This document shows positions 1 through 11,870 of a stretch of 64,000 bases of DNA, piece after piece; the stretch's first letter is position 1; every line of letters starts with the position of its first letter. The stretch comes from Propionibacteriaceae bacterium (GTDB taxonomy: Bacteria > Actinomycetota > Actinomycetes > Propionibacteriales > Propionibacteriaceae), in the NCBI GenBank assembly GCA_035641455.1, contig DASQUD010000250.1, positions 17,741-81,740 on the forward strand. Reading direction: 5' to 3'. The notes beneath the pieces are model-generated. The model saw only the letters and a list, made by a program, of their open reading frames with translations. It made no database searches and was not told the origin of the DNA. Made by a program: the position numbers and the translations under genes.

Positions 1-917
1 CGCGACCCGCCTCGGATCGTCAGAATCGACGTAGACCTGGCGGAAGCGGCTCTCCCCCGCCAGCGCGGAAACCCCCGCCATCAGGCCCGGGTGGTCCTCG
101 GCGATGACCTGGTGATCGTGGGGCACATCGACCATGCCGTGGTCTCCCGTGATGATCAACCGTACGTCGTCGGGCAGAGCGGCGCGAAGCCGTTCACACA
201 TCCGGTCGATGCGCACCAAGTGGTCACGCCAGGCCGGTGACTGGCAACCATCGACATGGCCACAGTGATCGAGTTCGCGCTCGTAGGCATAGACCAAGCT
301 TCGGTTGCCTCGTCGGGCAGCCGCGGCTATGAGCGCGATGCGCTGATCTTCGTCTGCTTCCTCTCGGAATCCTACGAAGGTTGCACCTCGTAGCGCGGCT
401 ACCGTTAGTCCGGTTGCCGAGAAACGTTGCAGGGCCACAGAACTCACACCGACGCCGGCTGCCGCAGCTCGCTCGAAGAGCGTGGGCTTGGGCTGGTAAA
501 CCTGGGGCGGCACCGTCGACTCCCAGGTGAGAGCGTTCAAGATCTCGCCGGTCTCCGGTACCCGGGAGGTGTAGCCAACCAAGCCGTGCAGACCCGGCGG
601 CAGCCCGGTGCCTAGGCTTCCCAGGCTGGTCGCCGTGGTGCTGGGCACGCCCGCCGTCACCGGGCGTGCGTCGCCGAGCAACGACCCGAGATAGGGCACC
701 TGCCGAATCGCACCGCGCACCAAATGCCAACCCAAACCATCGACCATGGCCACCACGTAGCGGTCGCTTGACGGCAAACCGAGCCGATCAGCGCAGTCCG
801 GCAATCCCAGATGCGCGCCGATGGCTGGCATCAGGTCGGCCAGCGTCGAGGAACCGTAGGACGGGAGGACCATCGGTGCCAGAGCCGATGCGGGCTCCGA
901 CACCGCTGGTTGTGTCA
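1..917 (-). CDS. alkaline phosphatase superfamily protein (nucleotide pyrophosphatase/phosphodiesterase-like); C-terminus runs off the window
   Basis: Own translation of the minus strand from ATG at 917; it is absent from the ORF track because there is no stop in the window. Sequence reads MTQPAVSEP...VVAMVDGLGWH...GVPSTTATSLGSLGTG...LIITGDHGMVDVPHDH. The DG.G and GDHGM metal-site-like motifs fit the AP/NPP superfamily. The start overlaps the stop of the upstream ORF. Confidence 0.65.
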
Positions 918-1493
918 TACCGCAGCCGCGCGCTGCAAAGCCGTGGCGAAGGAGACCAAGCGGGCCACCCGATCGCGGCCGTCGGCCGCGGCGCTCATTC
1001 GTACGGTCAGGTCATCACCGACCAGCGTGCCGGTGTAGCCGTGGTCGGCCTCGCATTGAGGATCGCTGCAGCTCGCCGGTTCGAGGTCTACCCGACGGAC
1101 GGCACCCCAACCGACTGACAACCAGGTCTCGGTGACGTCGGCCGATCCCACCCGATATTCCGCGGGCCGGGCGACCACCCGCGTTAGCACGACTGAGTTG
1201 ATCGTTGACAGCAGTACCGACTCAGTCGAGGCTGCCGCGAACGTACCCTCCATCGGAGGTTCGGCCGGGTGGTCGTCGGTGTGCCCGACGATCAGCCGGC
1301 TGGGAGTGAGCGCCAGGATCGTGACATGCCGGTGAATCTCGTCCCGGTCAAAGGTGGGCTCGTGATGGACGACGAAGTCCACAAGCTCCTCGTCGCCGAC
1401 GGACTCCATGATCGTGTCCTCGACCAGCTCCGGGAAGTACCCGCACGCGTCGATCTCCGCCCGCAACTCGCGCCTCGTCGATCCCAGCCTCAT
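915..1493 (-). CDS. conserved actinobacterial hypothetical protein (DUF5998-like; family name from memory)
   Basis: 192-aa ORF with coding-like composition (MRLGSTRRELRAEIDACGYFPELVEDTI...). It sits between the Pat-like acetyltransferase and the AP-family gene, an arrangement I recall from other actinobacteria. Confidence 0.55.
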   Translation of the reverse strand: MRLGSTRRELRAEIDACGYFPELVEDTIMESVGDEELVDFVVHHEPTFDRDEIHRHVTILALTPSRLIVGHTDDHPAEPPMEGTFAAASTESVLLSTINSVVLTRVVARPAEYRVGSADVTETWLSVGWGAVRRVDLEPASCSDPQCEADHGYTGTLVGDDLTVRMSAAADGRDRVARLVSFATALQRAAAV

Positions 1494-1577
1494 GAAGGCA
1501 TCTTATTGTGCTGGTCGGACTCTCCGGCGCCCTCGAGCTTCCCGTCTTCCTCTCCCTTTGCAGCAGCGCCTGGCGCG

Positions 1578-4232
1578 TTACAGCGTTCTCGTCAAGGGGT
1601 CGCGGCGGTCGGCCGTGGGAGCGATGAAGGCACGGGCACCAAGGACGGGGACTCCCTGACGCGCCGCGACGCACGGCTTCAGGGTGAGGGATGCCACCTG
1701 CGGCAGGTCGTCAGCGAGCTGCGCGACCCGATGCAGGAGATTCTCGATAGCTTCGATGTCCACTCCAGGACGGCCATTCTGGCCGAAGAGTGTCGGGGCG
1801 GCACGAAGATCCCGCACCATGGCTGCTGCGTCGACTGTGGTGAGTGGCGGCACGCGGTAGACCGTGTCACCCAGCAGCTCGCTGGGAATGCCGTCCAAGC
1901 CCAACGAGATGATGGGGCCGAACGCGGCGTCTTCTCGGCTGGTGATGACCAAAGCGACACCTGGCGGCGCCATTGCCTGTACCACCGGTTCGGCCACGGA
2001 TGGGCCTTGCTCATCGTCGAATCCAAGCCCCCGGACCAACACGGTCAGGTCGTTCCACGCCTCAGCCATCTCGTCCGGTCGGTCGAGGTTGCGCCGGACG
2101 CTGGCCAGATCCGGGCGCCCACGTACGGCATCGGCGGTGGCTTTCAGCACGACGTTCCAGCCGAGTCGCTCCGCCATCTCGACGGCATGGTCGAGGCTGT
2201 CCACCCGGTATCGGGGTACAAGGTCGATTCCGTAGGCGCTGAGCAGTTCGCTGGTCTCGGCATCGGTCAGTTCACGGCCGTCCCGCTGCCGGGTCAAGAC
2301 GCCATTCACCAGGCGCCTCGCCCGATCCGTGTCGTTGTCGAGCATAGGTACCGCACCCGGATCGCGCTGCCGCCAATGCGCGTAGGCACTGACCGCGTTT
2401 AAGGCATGGATTGCACTGGCCGGCCCGTCGAAGCTTGGGAGATCTCCCCAGGTGTCCGGTTCCCACTCGACCTCTGGTGCCGCACGGAAGCCGAGGAAAG
2501 CCCCGATCACAGGCTTGATTGCCGTCGCCGCAATCTCGGCCAGGACGTCGCGGACCGCATCGGTGCCGCCATCGAAGACCCGCACGATCGCGCAAACGAC
2601 CGAATCAGAGTCTCCGGCGATGACCTGGCGCACAGCTCGGGCGACATCCGGTGCCATCACGTCAGGCGGCAGCAGGACCGGCTCGGTGTCGCTCACCAGA
2701 CCAACGCCGCGGACGGTGGCGAGCATCTGCTGCGCCAGCCCACTGGAGTTGGTCACCAGGCCCACTCGAGGGCCACTGGGGAGCGGCTGCCTGGCGGCGA
2801 TCTTGGCGACGTCGAACATGGCAGACCGCTGGTGTACCACCATCACCCCGGCCTGCCTGAACAGGGCGTCCACCGCGACATCAGGAGAGTGGGCCAACCC
2901 ACCCCGATCGCCGACGTGAGAACCCCAGCTGATGCTGCCGGGGGCGAAGACGACCACAGGTTTCCGTCGCGCCAGGCGGCGCGCAAGTCGCGAGAACTTG
3001 CGCGGGTTGCCGATCGAGTCCATGGACAGCAGGCAGACTCGGGTGTCTTCGTCATCCTCCCAGTACTGGATCACGTCGTTGGCCGTGACGTCGGCATAGT
3101 CGCCGGTGCTGACGAACGAGGACAAGCCGATCTGCTGCTCCACCGCGTTGTTCAGCTGCGCGATGCCGACGGCGGCCGACTGACAGAACAGGCCGACGCC
3201 ACCGCTGCGCGGCATGGGACCGGGAGTGGCGTTCAAGCTGGTCTCGACATGGGTGTTGATCAGCCCCAGCGCATCGGGTCCGAGTGCTCGGATACCGTAC
3301 GCGCGAGCCAGGTTGACCAGCGTCAGCCTGTCCCTAGCCTGGACCTGGCTGCCAGTAAGCAGAACGAGGCCGTGCGCCCCTTTGTGCGCCGCCTCGATCA
3401 CGACGTCACCGAGTTGCTCGCTTCCTACCAGGACGAGCGCGAGATCGATCTGGCCGTTGACTTCGGCAATTGTCTGGGCAGTCTGAACTCCGCGGATTTC
3501 TGATCCGTCTGAGCTGATGCCGATCAATTCCCCGCGGAAGCCGCCACCGAGCACCGAATTGACGATGCGCTGGACGACGGCTTGCGGGCCGTAGACCACC
3601 ACTCGATGAGGTGTCAGCAGCCGGTGCACCGACGCGCTCTCGGCACGATGTTCACGGCGCTCCATAACGCCGACCGAGGTGTTCGTGGGCAGGATGGGGA
3701 ACTCCACGGCAAGGACGCCGTCCTGGATCCCTTTCGAGACCCGGTATCCAGCTTCGGCGAAAATCTGAGCCATTCGCCGATTTTGGGGCAGGACCTCGGC
3801 GACGAAGCGGTTGATCCCGCGCTCCCGAGCCGCCTCGGCAAGATGCTCGAGCAGCAACTGCGCGATCCCCCGCCCCTGGTGCGCGTCCTCCACCAGGAAC
3901 GCGACTTCCGCCTCGTTGTCGTCGAGCCGGTCGTACCGGCCGACGGCGATCATCTGATCAGCAACGGTCACGATCAACGCGACCCGGTCGACGTAGTCGA
4001 CTTGAGTGAAACGGGCGACGTCGCGCTGGCTCAACTTCGGATACGGAGCAAAGAAACGCAGGTACTTCGACTCTGGCGACACGCGCTCGTAGAACTCGAC
4101 GAGCATGTCGGCATCAGAGGGCCGGATCGGCCGCAGGTGGGCAACGCCGCCGTCGGTCAGGACGACATCCGCCTCCCATTCCACCGGGTAGCCAGGAGGA
4201 TGAACGACCGTCTCAGCTGGCACCCAACTCAC
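1578..4232 (-). CDS. bifunctional GNAT N-acetyltransferase / NDP-forming acyl-CoA synthetase-like protein (Pat-type protein acetyltransferase)
   Basis: 884-aa ORF. The N-terminal GNAT core reads VAFLVEDAHQGRGIAQLLLEHLAEAARERGINRFVAEVLPQN. It is followed by CoA-binding and succinyl-CoA-synthetase-like/ATP-grasp regions (VVVYGPQ..., KPVVVFAPG...). Confidence 0.8.
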   Translation of the reverse strand: MSWVPAETVVHPPGYPVEWEADVVLTDGGVAHLRPIRPSDADMLVEFYERVSPESKYLRFFAPYPKLSQRDVARFTQVDYVDRVALIVTVADQMIAVGRYDRLDDNEAEVAFLVEDAHQGRGIAQLLLEHLAEAARERGINRFVAEVLPQNRRMAQIFAEAGYRVSKGIQDGVLAVEFPILPTNTSVGVMERREHRAESASVHRLLTPHRVVVYGPQAVVQRIVNSVLGGGFRGELIGISSDGSEIRGVQTAQTIAEVNGQIDLALVLVGSEQLGDVVIEAAHKGAHGLVLLTGSQVQARDRLTLVNLARAYGIRALGPDALGLINTHVETSLNATPGPMPRSGGVGLFCQSAAVGIAQLNNAVEQQIGLSSFVSTGDYADVTANDVIQYWEDDEDTRVCLLSMDSIGNPRKFSRLARRLARRKPVVVFAPGSISWGSHVGDRGGLAHSPDVAVDALFRQAGVMVVHQRSAMFDVAKIAARQPLPSGPRVGLVTNSSGLAQQMLATVRGVGLVSDTEPVLLPPDVMAPDVARAVRQVIAGDSDSVVCAIVRVFDGGTDAVRDVLAEIAATAIKPVIGAFLGFRAAPEVEWEPDTWGDLPSFDGPASAIHALNAVSAYAHWRQRDPGAVPMLDNDTDRARRLVNGVLTRQRDGRELTDAETSELLSAYGIDLVPRYRVDSLDHAVEMAERLGWNVVLKATADAVRGRPDLASVRRNLDRPDEMAEAWNDLTVLVRGLGFDDEQGPSVAEPVVQAMAPPGVALVITSREDAAFGPIISLGLDGIPSELLGDTVYRVPPLTTVDAAAMVRDLRAAPTLFGQNGRPGVDIEAIENLLHRVAQLADDLPQVASLTLKPCVAARQGVPVLGARAFIAPTADRRDPLTRTL

Positions 4233-4292
4233 CCTACGCAGCGCAAGTTACGACTGGGCGACTACGACCAATAAGTCCGTGACGCAGACGAT

Positions 4293-5828
4293 GTGTGGTT
4301 GGCTAGGTCGGTGCCTGACTTCATCGCCGCAGTCGATCAAGGCACGACCAGCACTCGGTGCATGATCTTCGATCATTCTGGTGCCGAGGTCGCCCGGCAC
4401 CAGCTGGAGCACCGGCAGATTCTGCCGCAGTCCGGCTGGGTGGAGCACGATCCGGTCGAGATTTGGGAACGCACCCAGGACGTGGTCTCGGCCGTCTTAG
4501 GCTCGGGCGCTCTCAAGGTCACCGACCTTGCCGGACTGGGCATCACCAATCAGCGTGAAACCGCGGTTGTCTGGGACCGTCGGACCGGTCGGCCATACGC
4601 CAATGCCATTGTCTGGCAGGACACCCGCACGGCCCCCATCGCGGCCGCCCTCGATCGCGATGGACGCGGTGACGTGATCAGGGAGCGCGCCGGGCTGCCG
4701 CCAGCGACATACTTCTCTGCCGCAAAGGTCCAGTGGCTGCTCGACAACGTCGAGGGCCTGCGCGCCGATGCGGAAGCGGGCAACGCGATCTTCGGCACGA
4801 CCGACAGCTGGCTGCTCTGGAACCTCACGGGGGGCGTGGCTGGTGGGATGCATCTCACTGACGTGACCAACGCCAGCCGCACCATGCTGATGGACCTGGA
4901 GACTCTCGACTGGGACGACGAGTTGCTCTCCTTCTTCGGCATTCCTCGGCAGATGCTGCCCACCATCAAGCCGTCGGCGACCGAGGATGGCTTCGGACAG
5001 ACCACGTCTGATAGCCCGCTAGGCGCGGAACTCTCGATCACCGGCGTACTGGGCGACCAGCAGGCAGCGATGGTCGGCCAGGTCTGCCTTGCTGAGGGCG
5101 AGGCGAAGAACACTTATGGGACCGGCAACTTCCTGCTCCTCAACACCGGCGACACCCTGGTGCGATCAGCGAACGGTTTGCTCACCACGGTGTGCTACCA
5201 ATTCGCCGGCTCGGGCCCGGTGTACGCGCTGGAGGGCTCGATCGCCGTCACCGGATCGGCCGTTCAATGGCTGCGAGACCAGCTGAAGATCATTCGCGGG
5301 GTAGAGGAGATCGAAGCCTTGGCCAGCCAGGTCGACGACACCGGCGGCGCGTATTTCGTACCCGCCTTTTCCGGACTCTTCGCGCCCTATTGGCGGGCCG
5401 ACGCCCGGGGAGCCATTGTCGGGCTCTCCCGTTTCCACACTGGAGCACATCTGGCGCGAGCCACGCTGGAGGCCATCTGCTACCAGACCCGCGACGTGGT
5501 TGAGGCCATGGAGAAGGACTCGCAGGTCAACCTTTCCGTGTTGAAGGTTGACGGCGGGGTCACCGCGAACTCGTTATGCATGCAACTGCAAGCCGACGTG
5601 CTGGGCGTCGACGTCAGCAAGCCGGTGGTTCACGAAACGACCGCGCTCGGTGCTGCTTATGCCGCCGGTCTTGCGATCGGCTTCTGGAACGACGTCGCCG
5701 AGCTGCGGCACAACTGGCAGGAGGATCATCGGTGGAGCCCGCAGTGGACTGCGGCGGAACGAGACGCCGGATACGCAGGATGGCAACGAGCGGTTCAACG
5801 CACCCTGGATTGGGTGCCCGCCACATGA
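4293..5828 (+). CDS. glpK: glycerol kinase
   Basis: Contains [40 protein letters not shown] and [19 protein letters not shown]. The true start may be the GTG at 4311. Confidence 0.95.
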   Translation: MWLARSVPDFIAAVDQGTTSTRCMIFDHSGAEVARHQLEHRQILPQSGWVEHDPVEIWERTQDVVSAVLGSGALKVTDLAGLGITNQRETAVVWDRRTGRPYANAIVWQDTRTAPIAAALDRDGRGDVIRERAGLPPATYFSAAKVQWLLDNVEGLRADAEAGNAIFGTTDSWLLWNLTGGVAGGMHLTDVTNASRTMLMDLETLDWDDELLSFFGIPRQMLPTIKPSATEDGFGQTTSDSPLGAELSITGVLGDQQAAMVGQVCLAEGEAKNTYGTGNFLLLNTGDTLVRSANGLLTTVCYQFAGSGPVYALEGSIAVTGSAVQWLRDQLKIIRGVEEIEALASQVDDTGGAYFVPAFSGLFAPYWRADARGAIVGLSRFHTGAHLARATLEAICYQTRDVVEAMEKDSQVNLSVLKVDGGVTANSLCMQLQADVLGVDVSKPVVHETTALGAAYAAGLAIGFWNDVAELRHNWQEDHRWSPQWTAAERDAGYAGWQRAVQRTLDWVPAT

Positions 5829-5859
5829 GCCTGGTGCTCGCGGCGACCGGAAGCCAACG

Positions 5860-7590
5860 ATGCGCTCGATGACCGCCCCACTGAGCCCGCAGGCGCGGGC
5901 CGCGGCGCTGGAGGGACTTCGGCATACGGAGCTGGACGTTCTCATCATCGGGGCCGGAGTTACCGGTGCAGGATGCGCTTTGGATGCAGTGACACGCGGG
6001 TTGCGGGTCGGGCTGGTGGAAGCCCGCGACTTCGCCGCCGGCACGTCGAGCAGATCGACCAAGCTTTTTCACGGAGGTCTGCGGTATCTCGAACAGCTGG
6101 GCTTCTCGCTGGTGTTCGAAGCCCTGAAGGAAAGGGCACTAGCCCTGGACAAGCTCGCACCTCATCTGGCGAAACCCGTCCGCTTCCTTTATCCACTGCG
6201 GCGTCCGGCGGTTGACCGCGGCTATGCCGGTCTAGGGATCGGCGTCTACGACGTGATGGGCGCGGGACGGGGAGTACCTCACCACCTGCGTCATCTCAGC
6301 CGCACCAAGACCCTTGAGATCTTCCCCTCCGCCCGCCGAGATGCGATCCGAGGTGCGATCAGCTTCTACGAGGGCCAGGTCGACGACGCCCGGCACACCT
6401 TGCTGCTGTCTCGCACCGCGGCGCACTACGGAGCGCTGTGTGCCAGCAGTACGAGGGTGGTCGCATTTCTTAGAGATGGCGAGCGGGTCACCGGTGTGCG
6501 CGTACGGGATCTGGAGTCAGGCGACGAGTTTGACGTCCGTGCCCGGCAGACGATCAACGCGACCGGTGTCTGGATCGACGAACTGCAGGAGATGCTCGGT
6601 GGTCGGAGCCAGTTTCGCATCCGCGCATCGAAGGGAATCCATCTCGTCGTGCCACGGAGCCGGATCAACTCCGCCGCCGGCGTCATCACTCGAACCGAGA
6701 AGAGTCTGCTCTTTCTCATTCCCTGGGGCCAACGGCACTGGATCATCGGGACGACCGACACTGACTGGCAGCTTGATCTGGCCCATCCCGCGGCCAGCGC
6801 AGCGGACATCGACTATCTGCTCGGGCACGTGAACGCTCTACTCGCCGATCCCCTGACCCGCGACGACGTGGTCGGTGTCTACGCCGGATTGCGTCCGCTG
6901 CTCTCGGGTGAATCCGACCCGACCTCCAAGCTTTCCCGAGAACACGCAGTCGCGCGCCCAGCGCCCGGAATCATCACTGTCGCCGGCGGAAAGTACACCA
7001 CCTACCGGACCATGGCGCGCGATGCCGTTGACGCCGCTGTACGTGGCCTCGGTGGCCATGTGCCAGCCTGCTGCACCGAAGACGTACCGCTGCTCGGAGC
7101 CGACGGCTACGGCCCGCTCTGGAACGCCCGCGCGCTGCTGGCGGCGGAGTCAGCTTTGCCGGTTCAGCAGGTGGAGCGCCTGCTCAACCGCTACGGCTCG
7201 CTGCTGCTTGAGCTGCTGGAGTTGATCAAGAAGGATCCTGCGCTCGGGTCGCCGATCGACGGTGCGGATGACTACCTCCGAGTCGAAGCCGTGTACGCAG
7301 CGTCCCATGAAGGCGCTCTGCATCTGGACGACATCTTGGCCCGACGAACGCGGATCTCGATCGAGACCTGGGATCGCGGGGTGGAGGCCGCGGCCCACGT
7401 CGCCGCCTTGGTAGCTCCGGTCTTGGGCTGGGGTCCAGCCGACATTTCGCGCGAGATCGAGCACTATCGCCTCCGCGTTGCCGCCGAGCGTGAATCGCAG
7501 GACCAGCCGGATGATCTCTCCGCCGACTCCGCCCGGCTAGGGGCACCTGACGTCCGGATGGGCGGCCAGCATGCACCAGAGGCGCGATAA
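5860..7590 (+). CDS. glpD: FAD-dependent glycerol-3-phosphate dehydrogenase
   Basis: Within track ORF 5548..7590. ATG at 5860 gives MRSMTAPL...DVLIIGAGVTGAGCALDAVTRGLRVGLVEARDFAAGTSSRSTKLFHGGLRYLE. The upstream part of the ORF overlaps glpK and looks non-coding. Confidence 0.9.
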   Translation: MRSMTAPLSPQARAAALEGLRHTELDVLIIGAGVTGAGCALDAVTRGLRVGLVEARDFAAGTSSRSTKLFHGGLRYLEQLGFSLVFEALKERALALDKLAPHLAKPVRFLYPLRRPAVDRGYAGLGIGVYDVMGAGRGVPHHLRHLSRTKTLEIFPSARRDAIRGAISFYEGQVDDARHTLLLSRTAAHYGALCASSTRVVAFLRDGERVTGVRVRDLESGDEFDVRARQTINATGVWIDELQEMLGGRSQFRIRASKGIHLVVPRSRINSAAGVITRTEKSLLFLIPWGQRHWIIGTTDTDWQLDLAHPAASAADIDYLLGHVNALLADPLTRDDVVGVYAGLRPLLSGESDPTSKLSREHAVARPAPGIITVAGGKYTTYRTMARDAVDAAVRGLGGHVPACCTEDVPLLGADGYGPLWNARALLAAESALPVQQVERLLNRYGSLLLELLELIKKDPALGSPIDGADDYLRVEAVYAASHEGALHLDDILARRTRISIETWDRGVEAAAHVAALVAPVLGWGPADISREIEHYRLRVAAERESQDQPDDLSADSARLGAPDVRMGGQHAPEAR

Positions 7591-7662
7591 CCTCTGCGTG
7601 CCGCCCACCATGGCGGAACCGCTGCCAGAGTGTGCGACGCCACGTCCAGTGTGAAGGTGATC

Positions 7663-8571
7663 ATGAACGACCAACCCGAACTTCTCCGCGACCTGGTCGC
7701 GACCTACCTGGCCGAACAATGCCGGGTGCTGATCGAGGCGGAGCCGCAGCTGCGTGCGGGTGAGCCAGTCGTCCACACCACTCGGGTTGCCGTCCGACGC
7801 CTCCGAAGCACGCTGCGCACCTGTGCCGAGCTGTTCGACCCGACCCGCGTGGAAGGGCTGGAACCCGAGCTGGTCTGGTGGGCCGGCCTGCTTGGCGCCG
7901 TTCGTGATCTTGACATTCTGGCCGAGCGGATGTCGGCTCGCCTCACCGAGCTGCCGGTGGAGCTCGTGCTGGGGCCGGTGGCCAACACGATCACCACTGA
8001 GATCGCCGCCCAGCGGAAAGTGCACTTCGACGAGGTGATTGCCGCCATGGACTCGGCCCGGTACCGGGCGCTGGTGATCGAACTTCACCGCTGGCAGAGC
8101 GCGCCACCGTTCACGGATGCAGCGGAGGTAGCACCGAGCGAGATCGCGGACTATGTGGCACGGGCGGGCAAGAAGCTCGACAAGCGCGTGGAGGATGCCG
8201 CTGAGGCATGCCGAAGCGGCGACCAACATACCGATGAGCTGCTGCACCGCGCTCGCAAGGCCGGCAAGCGACACCGCTATGTCGCCGAGCTGGCGCAGCC
8301 GATCCTGGGGTCAAAGGCGGACAAGATGGTTGCCCGGCGGAAGAAGCTGCAGGATGTGCTCGGCGATCACCAGGACAGCCACGTGGCGAGTGAGTTCGTA
8401 CGCGAAATGGGCGCCAGGGTTGGGATCCACGAAGGTCAGAACGGCTTCACGTACGGGGTGCTGCTCGGGATTGAGCGACAAAGACTGCAACAGCTCAAAG
8501 ACGTCCTCGGCCGCTCCAAGCCGGGGAACGCGGAAGCCGAATTGATAGCGCTCGCAAAGTCCTCGTACTGA
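7663..8571 (+). CDS. CHAD domain-containing protein
   Basis: Basic helical repeats VHTTRVAVRRLRSTLR and LHRARKAGKRHRYVAE are typical of CHAD domains. ATG at 7663 is preceded by GAAGGTG. Confidence 0.7.
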   Translation: MNDQPELLRDLVATYLAEQCRVLIEAEPQLRAGEPVVHTTRVAVRRLRSTLRTCAELFDPTRVEGLEPELVWWAGLLGAVRDLDILAERMSARLTELPVELVLGPVANTITTEIAAQRKVHFDEVIAAMDSARYRALVIELHRWQSAPPFTDAAEVAPSEIADYVARAGKKLDKRVEDAAEACRSGDQHTDELLHRARKAGKRHRYVAELAQPILGSKADKMVARRKKLQDVLGDHQDSHVASEFVREMGARVGIHEGQNGFTYGVLLGIERQRLQQLKDVLGRSKPGNAEAELIALAKSSY

Positions 8572-8672
8572 CCTGCCGTCTCAGGTGGTCGTGGTCGGGC
8601 GCGCCGGTCATGTCTCGGACCGAGGCAGCGGGCAGAATCGGCATTGCCCACTGATTGAGGAGTTTCAGCCGT

Positions 8673-11117
8673 ATGGCCCGCACGCCCCCGGCACCGCCCG
8701 ACGACGATTTCACCGAACGCATCCTCGACATCGATGTCTCCTCGGAGATGCAGACCAGCTTCCTGGAATACGCGTATTCCGTCATCTACTCACGAGCCCT
8801 GCCCGATGCGCGTGACGGCCTGAAACCGGTCCAACGCCGGATCCTCTACTCCATGGACGAGATGGGCGTCCGTCCTGACCGGGGGCACGTGAAGTGTGCT
8901 CGAGTGGTGGGCGAAGTCATGGGCAAGTACCACCCACACGGCGATGGAGCGATCTACGACGCGCTGGTCCGGACCGCGCAGCCGTGGACCATGCGGCTGA
9001 CGCTGATCGACGGTCACGGCAACTTCGGTTCACCCGATGACGGCCCCGCAGCCATGCGTTACACCGAATGCCGGATGGCCGCTGCCGCGCTTGCCATGAC
9101 GGCAGGCCTCGACCAGGACACGGTCGACTTCAAGCCGAACTACGACGGCAAGGACGTAGAGCCGGTCGTCCTGCCTGCAGCTTTCCCCAACCTGCTGGTC
9201 AATGGAGCCAGCGGCATCGCCGTGGGCATGGCAACCAACTGTCCGCCGCACAATCTCGTCGAGGTGATTCAGGCGTTGCGACACCTGATCTCCCACCCCG
9301 ACGCCGGAGTGGAAGAGCTGATGCGCTTCATTCCGGGTCCCGACCTGCCGACCGGTGGCAAGATCATCGGGCTGGACGGCATTCGCGACGCTTACACCGC
9401 CGGTCGAGGGTCGTTCCGGATCCGGGCCACAGCCCGGATAGAGCAGGTCCATCCGCGGCGCAAGGGGATTGTGATCACCGAGTTGCCGTATCTGGTGGGG
9501 CCCGAGCGGGTTATTGAGCAAATCAAGGCCGGCGTCAACGCTCGCCGCATCCAAGGCATCGCAGATGTCAAGGACCTGTCAGACCGTGCGAATGGCACTC
9601 GCCTGGTGATTGAAGTGAAGAATGGATTCAATCCCGAGGCGTTGCTGGAACAGCTGTACAAGGTGACCAAGATGGAGGACAGCTTCGCGATCAATGCGGT
9701 TGCGCTGGTCGACGGGCAGCCAAGAACGCTGAACCTGCGAGATCTGTTGACCGTCTACCTCGAACATCGCTACGACGTGACCCGGCGACGGACAGGGTTC
9801 GCTCGAAATCGCGCCGCGGACCGGCTCCACCTGGTGGAAGGTCTCCTGATAGCGATCCTGGACATCGACGACGTCATCGCCATCATCCGCTCATCCGACG
9901 AAGTCGCACAGGCACGGGAGCGGCTGATCGCGGCCTTCGACCTCTCGGAGATTCAAGCGAACTACATCCTGGACATGCCGCTACGCCGGCTGACGAGGTT
10001 CAGCACGCTCGAGCTGGAAGCGGAACGGGACCGGCTCCAGGTTGCCATCGCCGAGCTGACCGCGATCTTGGACAATCCCGACCAGCTCCGAGCGCTGGTC
10101 GGCAACGAGCTGGCAGAGGTCGCCCAGCAGCATGGGACACCACGACGCACGATCCTGCTCGCTGCCAGCGGCGTCGCGGCGACTGCCGCGGCCCCGCCGT
10201 TGGAGGTCACGGATGAACCCTGTTGGATCCTCCTCTCCTCCGCGGGCCTTCTCGCCCGAACCGACCATGCCGATCCGCTGCCCGCCAGTGGGCCGCGGGC
10301 CAACCACGACGTCCTGACTTCCAAAATCATTGCCACCGCTCGGGGCGAATGTGGCCTGGTGACCAGCGCCGGACGGTTGTTCAAGATCAGCGTTCTCGAT
10401 CTGCCGACCGTTCCGGCCACGGCCCACGCCCCCAACCTGCAGGGCGGCACCCACGTCAGCGAGCTCATCACCCTGGACACCGGCGAGCGCGTGCTCTGCC
10501 TCACCAGCTTGTCTCACGACTCGCTGGGACTGGCCCTGGGCACCGCGGGCGGCGTCGTCAAGCGCGTCAATCCCGAGGTCCTCGGCCGCGATTCGTGGGA
10601 GGTGATGCGGCTCGAGCCTGGGGACAAGATCGTGGGTGCCGTCGAGCTTCGCTCGGTCGACAGCGAGCTGGTCTTTGTGACCAATGACGCGCAGCTACTG
10701 CGTTTCCCGGCGGTCTCGGTACGTCCCCAGGGACGCTCTGGCGGCGGGATGGCCGGCATCAAATTGGGGATTGGCGCCCGAGTGGTGTTCTTCGGAGCCG
10801 TTCCGGCAAGCGGATCTGTCCTCGTGACCGTGTCTGGCACGTCCCGCGCACTGCCCGGCACCGATGCCGGATCAGTCAAGGTCACTCCCTTCGGGGAGTA
10901 TCCAGGCAAAGGTCGAGGGACCGGGGGCGTACGCTGCCATCGATTCCTCAAGGGCGAAGACGTGGTGCTGCTCGCCTGGGCGGGACCCGCACCAGCGGTG
11001 GCTGCCGCGGCGAGTGGCAGCCCGATACCGCTGCCTGACGCTGAGGGGCGGCGCGACGGCTCGGGCACTCCTGCCAGCCAACCGATCGCTGCCGTCGGTT
11101 CTGCGGCCGCCGGCTAG
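8673..11117 (+). CDS. parC: type IIA DNA topoisomerase subunit A (topoisomerase IV ParC-like / GyrA paralog)
   Basis: Contains [45 protein letters not shown] and [10 protein letters not shown] (catalytic Tyr region). ATG at 8673 follows GAGGAG. Confidence 0.85.
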   Translation: MARTPPAPPDDDFTERILDIDVSSEMQTSFLEYAYSVIYSRALPDARDGLKPVQRRILYSMDEMGVRPDRGHVKCARVVGEVMGKYHPHGDGAIYDALVRTAQPWTMRLTLIDGHGNFGSPDDGPAAMRYTECRMAAAALAMTAGLDQDTVDFKPNYDGKDVEPVVLPAAFPNLLVNGASGIAVGMATNCPPHNLVEVIQALRHLISHPDAGVEELMRFIPGPDLPTGGKIIGLDGIRDAYTAGRGSFRIRATARIEQVHPRRKGIVITELPYLVGPERVIEQIKAGVNARRIQGIADVKDLSDRANGTRLVIEVKNGFNPEALLEQLYKVTKMEDSFAINAVALVDGQPRTLNLRDLLTVYLEHRYDVTRRRTGFARNRAADRLHLVEGLLIAILDIDDVIAIIRSSDEVAQARERLIAAFDLSEIQANYILDMPLRRLTRFSTLELEAERDRLQVAIAELTAILDNPDQLRALVGNELAEVAQQHGTPRRTILLAASGVAATAAAPPLEVTDEPCWILLSSAGLLARTDHADPLPASGPRANHDVLTSKIIATARGECGLVTSAGRLFKISVLDLPTVPATAHAPNLQGGTHVSELITLDTGERVLCLTSLSHDSLGLALGTAGGVVKRVNPEVLGRDSWEVMRLEPGDKIVGAVELRSVDSELVFVTNDAQLLRFPAVSVRPQGRSGGGMAGIKLGIGARVVFFGAVPASGSVLVTVSGTSRALPGTDAGSVKVTPFGEYPGKGRGTGGVRCHRFLKGEDVVLLAWAGPAPAVAAAASGSPIPLPDAEGRRDGSGTPASQPIAAVGSAAAG

Positions 11118-11135
11118 ACCGACCTGGAGGACACG

Positions 11136-11660
11136 ATGACCGCGCAAGAGGCAGCTCGACCCGCTGCCGGGGATTTCGACGATCTACTCGCCAACAACCG
11201 CGAATTCGCTAAGCATTTCGATCAGCAAGGCTTCGATGGTGTCGCCCACGCCGGAGTTCTCATGGTGACCTGCATGGACTCCCGGATCGTGCCATTGCAG
11301 ATGGTGGGCCTCACCTTCGGGGACGCCAAGATCATCCGAACACCCGGTGGCCGGGTAACAACGTCCGCCATGGCCGGATGCATCGCTGGCGTCCACCTAC
11401 TCCACGTCGAGCGCATCATGGTGATCCCGCACAGCCGCTGCGCCATGGCGGCCGCCGACGACGAGGTGCTGATCGAGCGCATCCGCCAGTCGAGTGGTGC
11501 CGACGCCTCGTGGGTCCGCTTCGGCGCCTCCGCCGACCAGCGCCGTACGCTGCACCGCGACGTCGAAAAACTGCGCAACCATCCGCTGATCGCCGATCGG
11601 GCCATCGTCGGTGGCTTCTACTACGACGTGGACACCGGCCTGCTGGAACGCTGGATTTAG
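11136..11660 (+). CDS. beta-class carbonic anhydrase
   Basis: Contains VTCMDSRI...HSRCAM...GGFYYDVDTGLLE (Cys/His zinc ligands of the beta-CA type). Begins 19 nt after the parC stop. Confidence 0.8.
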   Translation: MTAQEAARPAAGDFDDLLANNREFAKHFDQQGFDGVAHAGVLMVTCMDSRIVPLQMVGLTFGDAKIIRTPGGRVTTSAMAGCIAGVHLLHVERIMVIPHSRCAMAAADDEVLIERIRQSSGADASWVRFGASADQRRTLHRDVEKLRNHPLIADRAIVGGFYYDVDTGLLERWI

Positions 11661-11765
11661 CCTGAGCTATCTCGGCGTCAGCCGCATTCTGGCAGGTGAA
11701 CGGGCCCCTTTATGACGCTAGGGCTGATTGTTGCGCCGATGCCAAGGAAGCCCGAGATGTGGGGG

Positions 11766-11797
11766 GCGACCCGCCTTCGGGCATTGAAGCGGGTCGC
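11766..11797. terminator. GC-rich hairpin between convergent genes (possible terminator)
   Basis: gcgacccgc (11766-11774) pairs with gcgggtcgc (11789-11797), leaving a 14-nt loop. It lies between the carbonic anhydrase and parE 3' ends. There is no clear U-tract. Confidence 0.35.
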
Positions 11798-11870
11798 GAG
11801 CCATCTCAGCTCGGCAAACGCTCACGAAGCGAGGAAGCAACGGACACGCGATCTGCCGGGCTCTAACAGT

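Noticed and set aside
1269-3503. Two long plus-strand ORFs (1269..2402 and 2406..3503)
   Set aside because: Both are antisense to the 884-aa Pat-like gene. Their composition is non-protein-like.
5548-5859. N-terminal 104-aa extension of the glpD ORF
   Set aside because: It overlaps the glpK 3' end in another frame and looks non-coding (Cys/Arg/Ser/Thr-rich). The FAD-binding N-terminus begins right after ATG 5860.
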